From the IMG/VR virus record IMGVR_UViG_3300033148_005588, positions 18,833-82,832 of that record: a DNA stretch of 64,000 nucleotides; one strand, written 5' to 3'. A program made the translations under genes and the position numbers. Shown here one piece after another: positions 55,684-64,000 of this stretch. The DNA is from a virus (lineage: Duplodnaviria; Caudoviricetes). The notes under the pieces were generated by a model. That model searched no databases, had not been told where the DNA came from, and saw only the letters and a program-made list of their open reading frames with translations. Position 1 is the stretch's first letter. The number at the start of each line of letters is the position of its first letter.

Positions 55684-56654
55684 TTAGTTTCGTTTTCTTA
55701 CTTTCTCTCCTCTCTTGACAACTTCACAGTTAGGCATATGCCACTCGTCCAGTTTATCTATAAATGCCTTTGTCAACTTATATGTTTCAAACGATTCCTT
55801 TACAGCTTCTGCTCTTTCGTCCGGCTCTTCCCCTTCCACTTCTTCTACTATGAAGCCGTCATACCCAAACATCCCATGCACTGCCAAATAGTGCTCCACT
55901 GCAATTCCTATACTAGGAGCTTCTATCACACAGCTTAGAGCACTGCCATCAGTGGGAGTAAGCTTGTACTTTTTCCAGTTCACACTCTTCTCCTTCCCTC
56001 TTCTCTTAATTGCTTGGTGTCTTTTCCTCACTCTTAACATCGCACAATTTTAGTAGTTCGCAGAACTCGCCAATGTGCTCATCCAGACCCTCCCCTTGGT
56101 CAAAAGACATCACAAGTTGCTTCCCTTTGTAACAAAAGCCCATAACAAAGGGCATATCGTCCGGGAATTGAAGTTCGAGTTCTTCCTCATCCTCTTCTTT
56201 GTATTTTATAGTTACCATTAGCTTGTCCCTTCTTTCTCTTCCTCTCCTTTCTCTTTTACAAACTCCAAGAATTGATCATTATCCTGCTGTTTCAGAATCT
56301 CATTTACCAATGCCCGTCTCTGCTCGCTGTTAAATCTGAAAGGTGGCCCTCCTACTATACTAATTGAGTCATACAGTGTTAAAAACATCAGTAAAGCTTG
56401 ATTTTCTGTTAGTCTCATTGCTTGCTCTCCTCTCTTTTTCTCTTCCTTCTTTCTTTTGAGTCTACTAAAAGCATAAAGTATCCCTTACTCAAAACAAGAA
56501 CTATTAAAATCTCTCCTAACCAAATATCATAAGAGGGGAGCACTTTTAGATGTGTCATAACCCAAGACCCGTAGTATAAAGCTCCCCAAGCTAAAACAGT
56601 CATCGCACCCACTATAAACATTTCTTTCCTCATCCCTTTTCTTCTTTTAATCAT
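55684..56654 (-). CDS. Run of four small coupled hypothetical ORFs (55684-56040, 56006-56218, 56218-56418, 56415-56654)
   Basis: Overlapping start/stop codons; the last ORF has two TM segments. Confidence 0.55.
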
Positions 56655-56679
56655 CCCGCATTTCTTTCTCCTTAAAATT

Positions 56680-56961
56680 TTACTCTACTGTAATCAAGCA
56701 CTTTCCATTTTGGTTAGTGCCGATTCCGATACAGCCCCTTGCTATGTGTAACTTTGTCTCTGGGCTTTCTACCCATTGTTCTCCGCAAGAACGACACTCA
56801 ACATTGGGCCAAGCATGTCCAATGTATCTTGTAAAGTAGACATTCTCCTCCCCACAAAAAGGGCACTTCTTTCCTTTTAATTTTCCTCCAATGCTTAACT
56901 TCACAGTACACTCTCCCTCACTTAAACAGCAAAAGCACGCCACATTTAGGCTCATTCTCAT
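56680..56961 (-). CDS. Zn-ribbon protein, Lar (restriction alleviation)-like pattern
   Basis: KKCPFCG...VECRSCG. Confidence 0.45.
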   Translation of the reverse strand: MRMSLNVACFCCLSEGECTVKLSIGGKLKGKKCPFCGEENVYFTRYIGHAWPNVECRSCGEQWVESPETKLHIARGCIGIGTNQNGKCLITVE

Positions 56962-57008
56962 TTATGATTACCCTCTCTTTCCAGCATACAGCTTTCCTCA
57001 ATCCTCCT

Positions 57009-57689
57009 CTATCCTTTTTGCAAACTCCTTTCCCCCTCCGCCACTTCATAAACTGTAATCGTTTGCCTGAAGAACAACTGTCTCCCACACCTCGGACACA
57101 CAGCAAGGTCTTTGGAGTAAGGGCTTAGCACAAACTCCCAATAATCAAATTCTTCCCCACACTTGCACTTCATCAAGGGAAGATATCCGTCGTCGGGAGC
57201 TCCGAACTGTACTTCAGAAGTAATGTCTACCAAACAATTCCAAATGATCCACATGGATTCCTGCCTCACAAATGACCCTATCCCTAGTGTCTAATTTTAC
57301 AGCAACCACCTTGTCATTGTGTTCCCTGGGATCAGGGCCCATTACCGTGCCAACTTCATTAGCTATGCCCCAGGCCCTTGACATTGCATTATCCTTTATT
57401 TTGACTTTTGTGCCTACTTTCATTGTTCTCTTTTCTCCTCTTTGTCTGCCCATTGTGTCCCATTTTGGGCTTGCTCCCACTTCTCCAGGTAAAGTTCCTC
57501 TGCTGTCTGGCCTCGCTCAGTACCTCCTTCTACATAGGTATCACACCAGCCACACCACCAGTCCCAAGGATACTGTGGTGGATAAGTTAACAACATGTGT
57601 TGTCTATACCTCTTAATCATAACCTTCCCACAATTAGGGCACCTTTTCTCTTCAGAAGTCTTTTGCTCTTGGCTCTTCTTCTCTACCAT
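57009..57689 (-). CDS. Three small ORFs (57009-57269 Zn ribbon, 57214-57480 SH3/KOW-like, 57420-57689 Zn ribbon)
   Basis: CKCG..CPRCG; MKVGTKVKI; CPNCG..CGWC. Confidence 0.55.
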
Positions 57690-57713
57690 TACTCCCTCTC
57701 CTTCTTCTCTCCC

Positions 57714-58223
57714 TTAGCAGTCAAGCCTCAAAGAACAAGACTCAAACAAAGAAGTATTCATAGTCTTGTCTCTCATCCTCTGACAATAGTGGCATATTTG
57801 CCTATTGTCGTTATGGATATATCCATCACAAAGAGAGGACTTAAAGCCTAACACTTCCATCGCTCTACATTTTCGGAGTTTCTTCTCGGACTTCTTTCGC
57901 CGCTTTCTGGTACCAATCTTATCTTTATTCTCCTCTCTCCAAACCCTACTGCGCTCACTCACACAGGCAGGATGTCTACAATACTTAGAGCAGCGCCTGC
58001 GAAAAGAGCCATAAATGCGCCCACAGTAAACACAACGATGTATAAACTCAGGAGGCAAGTAAATTGGCTTCTTTCCCTCTCTAAAGCAACTCTCGCATAC
58101 ACCTCTCCATCCATACTTTGTTCCTGTCCCAGGATGAAACTCATCAGGAGACTTATACTTCCCGCAAGCACCACAAAACTTCTTCTCAAACTTTCTTGTA
58201 GCAGGCCTGCCTCTCTTACCCAT
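57714..58223 (-). CDS. Multi-Zn-finger protein
   Basis: CGAC..CESC, CVYC..C, CHYC. Confidence 0.6.
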   Translation of the reverse strand: MGKRGRPATRKFEKKFCGACGKYKSPDEFHPGTGTKYGWRGVCESCFREGKKPIYLPPEFIHRCVYCGRIYGSFRRRCSKYCRHPACVSERSRVWREENKDKIGTRKRRKKSEKKLRKCRAMEVLGFKSSLCDGYIHNDNRQICHYCQRMRDKTMNTSLFESCSLRLDC

Positions 58224-58523
58224 AGCACAAACCTCCCCACTATGAGCCAGCTCTCTTTATAACCACAGCAGGATACTTGTCCCAATTGCGCATTTCTTCT
58301 GCCCACACAACAATGCCTTCCCTCTCCACATAATAGAATTTCACTTCTCTCTCCAGCTTAGAAACCTTCAAGCTCAAACGGTAAAGCAAACAAGCCATCT
58401 GCTCTTGATCTCTCTCCATCATTCTTATACAAGTATTAGCCTCAGTAGCCAAGCCAAAAAACAAGCCCCACAAAAGCCCATAGCTAACCAGAAAAGCAAC
58501 CAGTATCCAAAGAACAATAGTTT

Positions 58524-58862
58524 TCACTTCTGCCTCTCTCTCCTTCCACCAGAGCGCCTCCTCGCCAAAATTGACTCTATGTACTCCTTGATAACATCCG
58601 CATGGCAAGGGAGTGGAGCACACCAGCAAACCAAATCAATGTCTTGCCTCTTAGCCAAAGCCACAATCCTCTCCACAGCTCTGCGTTGGGGACTAGAGCG
58701 CTCTCTCATTCGCTCAAGAAACCACTCTCTATACTTTTCAATAACCTTGGCTCTGCTGTCTGGATCGTTGGAGTCCATCCTCCAAGGATTGCCAAGAGGC
58801 GAGGGCCTACCCACATATATCCCAGGCCCCTTAAAACGCTTTTTATTTCTCACCCTAATCAC
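58524..58862 (-). CDS. DUF4326-family protein
   Basis: YVGRPSPLGNPW...YREW...LVCWCAPLPCHADVI. Confidence 0.85.
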   Translation of the reverse strand: MIRVRNKKRFKGPGIYVGRPSPLGNPWRMDSNDPDSRAKVIEKYREWFLERMRERSSPQRRAVERIVALAKRQDIDLVCWCAPLPCHADVIKEYIESILARRRSGGRRERQK

Positions 58863-58920
58863 ATCTTTCTCCCTACACTATTATAAGCCAGAAATTCCTA
58901 TTGAAGATAGGCGCTTTGGC

Positions 58921-59136
58921 TCAATCCTTTATATAAATCTCAAGCCCCTTGTCTAAGGCAACCCACTCCGGCACAAGCACCTCTCCCTCCCTCTCATCAA
59001 TCCAAGAAATATGCCTCTCGGGAATCCACACCTTCTCGTCCCCAAAGCTCAAAAGGCAAGCAGCCTCCGTACGACAAGCAACATAGTCAAATTGTAAAAC
59101 AACTTCCTGCAGATTACTGAATCGCGCATATTTCAT
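58921..59136 (-). CDS. Small conserved phage protein
   Basis: KVWIP...I.......VPEWVALDKGL motif. Confidence 0.6.
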   Translation of the reverse strand: MKYARFSNLQEVVLQFDYVACRTEAACLLSFGDEKVWIPERHISWIDEREGEVLVPEWVALDKGLEIYIKD

Positions 59137-59606
59137 ACTCTAGGCACCTCTTTATCTTTCTTCCACAACCTCACCACCAGAAGCTGCTCTCTGCCACAAC
59201 GAAAACAACGACAATAGCCATAAGCCACTCCATTATTGACGTGAGAGAGAACCACATCATCATGCCCAAAGACTAGGCAAATAAACTCTTTGAGCTTTTG
59301 AGTATTGGGCCTCAACAATTTTGGCAATTTCATCCTCTTTTCTTCCTCCTGTTTTTCGCAGCTCTTAGTCTGACCTTCCCCTCCATAGCAGAGAGACACC
59401 TGGCGCAACAGCTCTTCCCAAGGTTTAAAAGCTTTTCTCTCTTCTTCCTCGTAGTCCAAAGTTCCCTCTTGTTCCTCTGGCAAATCAAGCCCAGGCCCCT
59501 GGGGATTAAACCAATCTGGCCTCCTCTCCTTCTCCATATTGCACTTTACCTCCTTCTCACAAATCCACGACCCCACGATCCTTGCCACCCACCAGGCTTT
59601 AACCAA
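59133..59606 (-). CDS. Hypothetical protein (may be two short ORFs)
   Basis: ORF track; C.VFGH...CFRCG. Confidence 0.45.
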   Translation of the reverse strand: MVKAWWVARIVGSWICEKEVKCNMEKERRPDWFNPQGPGLDLPEEQEGTLDYEEEERKAFKPWEELLRQVSLCYGGEGQTKSCEKQEEEKRMKLPKLLRPNTQKLKEFICLVFGHDDVVLSHVNNGVAYGYCRCFRCGREQLLVVRLWKKDKEVPRV

Positions 59607-60130
59607 TGGGCATACCGTCTATGAAGCTTCTTAGACTCTTCATACACATCATCACTGTATACACTCCAAATATCATGCCAGATCACATCAAACTTCTCTC
59701 CTTTCTTGGGCTTCCAAGAGAAGGCATCAGCTCCCACATTCACTACAAGCTTGCCATCAGAGTCTGGCAAGTGAGGTGCAACAAGACTGACTACCTCTCT
59801 TGAAATCTCATTAACAGTAACCTTGTTAACAGTAGACTTCTTTAAAACTTCTACAGTAACAAGACCAAGGCCCAGCCCATTAATCAAAACCTCCCCACGA
59901 GCCTGGTAGATTGCCTCTTGGTGATCTCTCTCTTCTGCTGGAGTATCAGACATAATCAGCACTCTCCCCCGAACAAGCTTTGTATACTGGCCAGGCTCAA
60001 TGGCTCTACTCCCTTGACCAGAGAAGAGAAGAGATGTGTTAAACAAACTAGCCTGCTGCTCAGTTACTGTAAACTTCTCAATCCGATAGTCTCCCCATTT
60101 ACCCTCCGGAGCACAAGCTTTCCAAACCAT
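59546..60130 (-). CDS. Spermidine-synthase-like class I SAM-binding protein
   Basis: MSDTPAE, VLINGLGLG, VNEIS.EV, DAF, FDVIWHDIW. Confidence 0.75.
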   Translation of the reverse strand: MVWKACAPEGKWGDYRIEKFTVTEQQASLFNTSLLFSGQGSRAIEPGQYTKLVRGRVLIMSDTPAEERDHQEAIYQARGEVLINGLGLGLVTVEVLKKSTVNKVTVNEISREVVSLVAPHLPDSDGKLVVNVGADAFSWKPKKGEKFDVIWHDIWSVYSDDVYEESKKLHRRYAHWLKPGGWQGSWGRGFVRRR

Positions 60131-60131
60131 C

Positions 60132-60662
60132 CTAACCTCCCTTCCCACTTTGGGCAACTGTTGCTTTCTTTCTCTCCTCCTCTCCTAACTGCCCCCTATT
60201 AAGTCTATTACGAGCAAAGTCAATACACTTAGACATGGACTGCGCAAATTCTCTAGCTTGCTCCCTGTTCACAAAAGGAGCAAAAATCGCTTCCACTATC
60301 ATGGAATCAAGAATAGTGTTACAACTTATCCTCAAATCCACAAGCCAATAATAATAATCCATTACGACAGGAAAATACTTCAACAACAGCCCATTTAAAA
60401 GCCTTCTGTGCTCCATCACAGCATCAACATAAGCCTTATATGCCCCCTCTGGTGGTGGCTGCTGAACTTGGTAAAGAAAATGTAAGAAAACCTCCTTTGC
60501 TATCCCTAGAAGCAGTGCACTTCTTTGTGCTTGTGCACTCTCCTCAGGAGAAATAGGACACACAAAATACCCACGAGCAACCGTAGTAGCAGCTCCTCCT
60601 TGAGTAGTAACAGTTTGCTCTTTATCCATCACGATATCTCCCTTACTTGTCCCATTAAACAC
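60132..60662 (-). CDS. Hypothetical protein
   Basis: ORF track. Confidence 0.55.
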   Translation of the reverse strand: MFNGTSKGDIVMDKEQTVTTQGGAATTVARGYFVCPISPEESAQAQRSALLLGIAKEVFLHFLYQVQQPPPEGAYKAYVDAVMEHRRLLNGLLLKYFPVVMDYYYWLVDLRISCNTILDSMIVEAIFAPFVNREQAREFAQSMSKCIDFARNRLNRGQLGEEERKKATVAQSGKGG

Positions 60663-60903
60663 GACTCAAATAAACAGTCACTGTGCACAAGGCGGTTCCC
60701 TCCAGCTCTTTTTGGCTAATGAGATAATAATCATATACTACCTTACGCACACGATAACAGGTTCTCAAAGAAGGCAATGAGCTTGCCTTCTTGATATTTG
60801 GCAAAACAATATGGTCTCCCTCGCTTGGTATAAGATCAACATCCATTTTACCTAAACTCTTTACCCCTCCCTTGTCCTGGTCGGCAACAAACTTCACAAG
60901 CAT
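60655..60903 (-). CDS. Hypothetical protein
   Basis: ORF with SD. Confidence 0.55.
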   Translation of the reverse strand: MLVKFVADQDKGGVKSLGKMDVDLIPSEGDHIVLPNIKKASSLPSLRTCYRVRKVVYDYYLISQKELEGTALCTVTVYLSRV

Positions 60904-61038
60904 TCTAAAGCCTCCCCCTAATCTTTCGATTCTTGTTCTGAAGCGAAAGCTGCTACAGTCCGCTCGTGATAAAGCTGAGTTTTCTTCTTTTTGTGCTTAG
61001 CAGACACCAAATGTCTCTGCCCAAAAACATTGCCCCTC

Positions 61039-61221
61039 TCATCCCTGTGCTGGTGTACAGCATAGTCCATCCGCTTTCTTCCTTTTCTCTTCCTCATAAC
61101 AGAGCCTCCCTAAAAAGTCAAATAGCTCTTCTCCTATGTACTGTTTTAAAGTGCGCTCTTGTTCTTGGGCAAAATCAAAGCCGCACTTTGGCCCAACAAG
61201 AACAGAATCAAAGTCTTCCAT
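61039..61221 (-). CDS. Hypothetical protein
   Basis: ORF track. Confidence 0.45.
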   Translation of the reverse strand: MEDFDSVLVGPKCGFDFAQEQERTLKQYIGEELFDFLGRLCYEEEKRKKADGLCCTPAQG

Positions 61222-61223
61222 AA

Positions 61224-61967
61224 CTACCCCCTCTTCACTCTCTTTGGCTTGCTTCTCTTGACAGTAGCAGTATTGCCTTGCTGCTGTGGCAAAGGGCGCT
61301 CAGTAAACGACACAGAGCGTCTCTCCACAACAGAAATTCTTGCTCTCTGAGACACTCTATACACAGTATCAAAAATAGAGTATATTTCAGGCAGATGGCT
61401 TATCATCAGTATTTGAAGCCCTACTTTTTGGGAAAGCTCTTTCATCATAAGAGCACACCTGTTTTGCAAATCGGGGGAGACATACTTAAATGGTTCATCC
61501 AAGAGAAGAAATTTTCTCACACCAAACTTCTTAAACAAAAGCGACAAGTACCCAACCCTCAGCACAAAGCTGGCCACATCCTTGACCCCGCCGCCAGAGG
61601 ACTCCATAGGAGAAATACGCAGCTTACCATCACGCACAAAGTACATCTCGGCTTCTGTTTGTCCTCTCTTAACACCAAAACGCAACTCAAATTGGTAGGC
61701 TTCTCTTTCCCAAACAGCAGACAACGCAAAAGACACCAAGGAATCAATCCTGGACTCTATTTGTTTCTGAGTATCAATGGCAACCTTTTGAACAAGAGCC
61801 AAAGCCTTGCCCACAGCCACCTTGCGCTCCTCCAACGCTTTCTTGCGCTGTCTCACCCTGGCAAGCTCTTTCTCAGCCTGGGCCTTCTCTGCACAAAGGG
61901 CATAATGGGCCTGCTTAAATTGTTCCAGCAAATTCTCCCTTCTGCTCTGATCAATCAGAGTCCCCAT
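61224..61967 (-). CDS. Rad50/SbcC C-terminal half
   Basis: SSGGG ABC signature, LLLDEPF Walker B/D-loop, ISH H-loop; N-terminal coiled coil; no Walker A. Confidence 0.85.
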   Translation of the reverse strand: MGTLIDQSRRENLLEQFKQAHYALCAEKAQAEKELARVRQRKKALEERKVAVGKALALVQKVAIDTQKQIESRIDSLVSFALSAVWEREAYQFELRFGVKRGQTEAEMYFVRDGKLRISPMESSGGGVKDVASFVLRVGYLSLLFKKFGVRKFLLLDEPFKYVSPDLQNRCALMMKELSQKVGLQILMISHLPEIYSIFDTVYRVSQRARISVVERRSVSFTERPLPQQQGNTATVKRSKPKRVKRG

Positions 61968-62205
61968 AAGTGCCCTCCAATTTCCTCAGCAAAGAGTCAA
62001 ACTTCTTCTGCTCTTTAGTAATCTCTGCCTCTATGGCCTTTATGCCTTCCCTGGCACTCTCAAGGGAATCAAACCCTTTGCTTTTAAGCTCGCCCATAAC
62101 TTGCTCAAGCTGGCCTTCCAACTTAGCAGCAGTAACCTTTGCCCTATCAGCAGCAGTTTTAAGCCTCTCTAATTTAGCCAAACTGGTAGAATCATAGCTT
62201 ACCAT
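61951..62205 (-). CDS. Small coiled-coil protein (probable Rad50 arm fragment)
   Basis: Entirely heptad-like; coupled between the Mre11 gene and the Rad50 C-half. Confidence 0.6.
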   Translation of the reverse strand: MVSYDSTSLAKLERLKTAADRAKVTAAKLEGQLEQVMGELKSKGFDSLESAREGIKAIEAEITKEQKKFDSLLRKLEGTYGDSD

Positions 62206-63106
62206 ACCCACACCTCTCCACAGCCTCATAAATGACTCTCTTAACAAGCGGTGGTAGGCCCCTTGTGGCCTTCACCGCCAACGACAAATTACGCAAGAAG
62301 TCAACCCCTACATCATAATCTTTAACAGCCGCCACAAAAGATTCCATCAGAGAGAGAAACTCTTGGGATTCTTCCTTGGATTCAAAATCAAGAACTTCTT
62401 GGGCTGGCAGAACAGGAACCTCTACCATCTCCAAAGTGCAAGAGGAAGACTGCCAAATGCCTACCACCGGGACATGTTCTCTCTGATCAACCCGAGAGCG
62501 CATAAGAGAACCAGGATTAAAAACAGTACAGCTTCTGCCCTCATGGACGAGAGTTTCATGGTTATCTCCACACACTACAAGAGAATATCCTGGAGCCCAA
62601 GAAGACACCTTCTTCAGAGGGAAAAGCTCCTCACACCCAGGCCACGGCTTTCCATCTGTGACAAGCAAATGGGCAAGCAGAATATTGGCTCCCCAATTTC
62701 TTTTCCGAGGGACAGGAATCTCTTCATCATAACTAGCACCATACAAGTAAAGTCCCTCTCCAAGAGAAATAGGCTTTCTGCCAGCAACAGTGACCAGTCC
62801 CAGCTCTTCAAGAAAAGCCAAAGCGGTGTTTTGCCTTCTGCGAAAGGCAGTATCATGTTGGCCAAAAACACAATACACTGGAGGAAACTGCTCAGTAAGC
62901 AGATAAATATACTCAGCAAGAAGAGGATAGGGTTGGACAGGAGAATCAAAGAAATCACCAGCTACAAGTACAGCATCACACGCTGCCTCTTTGGCTAACC
63001 CTGCAATCCACCTCACCTTCCCCATCTGAGTAGACGGATAATCATCCACTCTACTCAACGGGGTCTTGCTTGTTATATGAAGATCAGCAGCCAATAAAAG
63101 CTTCAT
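62192..63106 (-). CDS. Mre11/SbcD-like metallophosphoesterase nuclease
   Basis: DLH, GDFFD, GQHD, AH, GDNH, NPGS motifs. Confidence 0.9.
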   Translation of the reverse strand: MKLLLAADLHITSKTPLSRVDDYPSTQMGKVRWIAGLAKEAACDAVLVAGDFFDSPVQPYPLLAEYIYLLTEQFPPVYCVFGQHDTAFRRRQNTALAFLEELGLVTVAGRKPISLGEGLYLYGASYDEEIPVPRKRNWGANILLAHLLVTDGKPWPGCEELFPLKKVSSWAPGYSLVVCGDNHETLVHEGRSCTVFNPGSLMRSRVDQREHVPVVGIWQSSSCTLEMVEVPVLPAQEVLDFESKEESQEFLSLMESFVAAVKDYDVGVDFLRNLSLAVKATRGLPPLVKRVIYEAVERCGYGKL

Positions 63107-64000
63107 TTCTTCTCCTCAACAGATATCACAGAACCGCACAAAGGACAACGACGAGCCTTAACTAATGCTTGCTCAAAAGCCTTGGCTGTTTTTGTTTGCT
63201 CTTTCTTGGCTAGAGACAAACGGCTTTGTATCGAGACAACTTGCTCAATAGCAAAAAGAAGAACCTCTCTCTCGTGGTATAAGCTTCTTATTCTCTCTGA
63301 ACAGGAAAGTGCTCTGTCCAAAAGAGCCTCTGATGCTAGAGCTTTCTTTGCTTGAATAAGCTGATGCTCTAACCTCTCTGCCCTATCAATAAGGTGCTCC
63401 ACCTCTGTCCTAAATGCAACAGCTTCCTCTATGAATCCTAAAGCCTCTTTTGCCTGGCTTATAAGCTTCTGGCCCTCCTCCAGAAAATCATAGCTCCCCA
63501 GTAATTCTTCAAGCCTAGACTCAGAATCCCCAGCATCAAGCAAAGCAACATCAGCAGAATGAACCTCCGACTTCAAGTAGGAGATAATGCTATCAATGGC
63601 ACCAATATCTGCTGCCCTGTTAAACTTTCTAGCAACCTCTCCTGCGCTCTCTTGGAGCATAAAGTAGGGATCATATTGGTGCTGAAAGCAAGCATCATCC
63701 AAAGCAAGCAAGGTGGAAACTTCTTCCGGAACGTCCCCCTTAATAGCATTGAACTCTGCCGCCAAGGCACCATCAGCAGAGTAAATCCTGTAGCCATTAA
63801 ATTTTCTCTCCTTTCTACGCTCAACAGATTCTCCGCTATCAAGCCACACCCTAACAGAAACAGGCTCGCTCTTCTTTGTGCCCTCTCTTCTAACTTCCTC
63901 CTCACTCAAGGGACGATTCTTTGCCAGCCAGCGCAAAGCCTGCGCTATACATGTTTTGCCAGCCTCACTAGAACCAACAATAGTGGTTATTCCTGCCGAC
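63103..64000 (-). CDS. Rad50/SbcC N-terminal half (5'-partial)
   Basis: Open frame reads ...TTIVGSSEAGKTCIAQALRW (Walker A at 63952-63975); FQHQYD Q-loop; ends with CPLC zinc hook. Confidence 0.85.
   Translation of the reverse strand, partial: SAGITTIVGSSEAGKTCIAQALRWLAKNRPLSEEEVRREGTKKSEPVSVRVWLDSGESVERRKERKFNGYRIYSADGALAAEFNAIKGDVPEEVSTLLALDDACFQHQYDPYFMLQESAGEVARKFNRAADIGAIDSIISYLKSEVHSADVALLDAGDSESRLEELLGSYDFLEEGQKLISQAKEALGFIEEAVAFRTEVEHLIDRAERLEHQLIQAKKALASEALLDRALSCSERIRSLYHEREVLLFAIEQVVSIQSRLSLAKKEQTKTAKAFEQALVKARRCPLCGSVISVEEKK

Noticed and set aside
1228-62998. Numerous plus-strand ORFs in the track, some over 200 aa (for example 37779-38882, 40901-41752, 44375-45154, 61278-62018)
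   Set aside because: They are antisense shadows of well-supported minus-strand genes, with Ser/Leu/Phe-rich composition, no motifs and no SD
1-64000. Stop-codon reassignment or inteins
   Set aside because: Long genes are intact under the standard code with high coding density; TerL, helicases and primase have normal lengths and no intein motifs seen

Overview
The window is a 64-kb segment of a tailed dsDNA phage genome (Caudoviricetes, siphovirus-type long non-contractile tail). Essentially every real gene is on the minus strand. Reading in transcription order (high to low coordinates): a Rad50/SbcC split into pieces around an Mre11/SbcD nuclease (61-64 kb); about 40 small accessory ORFs, many with Zn ribbons, with two unusual tRNA-like RNAs between them (47-61 kb); terminase, portal, a MuF minor head protein with nuclease and metallopeptidase extensions, a protease-scaffold protein and the major capsid protein (35.5-46.5 kb); a roughly 9-kb island of glycosyltransferases, radical SAM, methyltransferase, sulfotransferase-like and APS-kinase-like genes inside the head operon (26.4-35.1 kb); neck, tail, tape measure and a 2541-aa tail tip/fibre (10-26 kb); lysis genes (7.2-9 kb); DnaB-like helicase, SNF2 helicase and primase (2.5-7 kb); an AT-rich iteron-like region, a roughly 570-nt highly structured non-coding region, and small genes with duplicated hairpin leaders (0-2.4 kb). 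GGAGG ribosome-binding sites, sigma70-like promoters and a holin suggest a bacterial host (inference). All protein family calls come from motif recognition by eye, not database searches. The strongest leads are the putative sulfated-glycan virion-modification island, the pair of insertion-expanded tRNA-Leu-like RNAs, and the large pseudoknotted RNA with related anti-Shine-Dalgarno elements.
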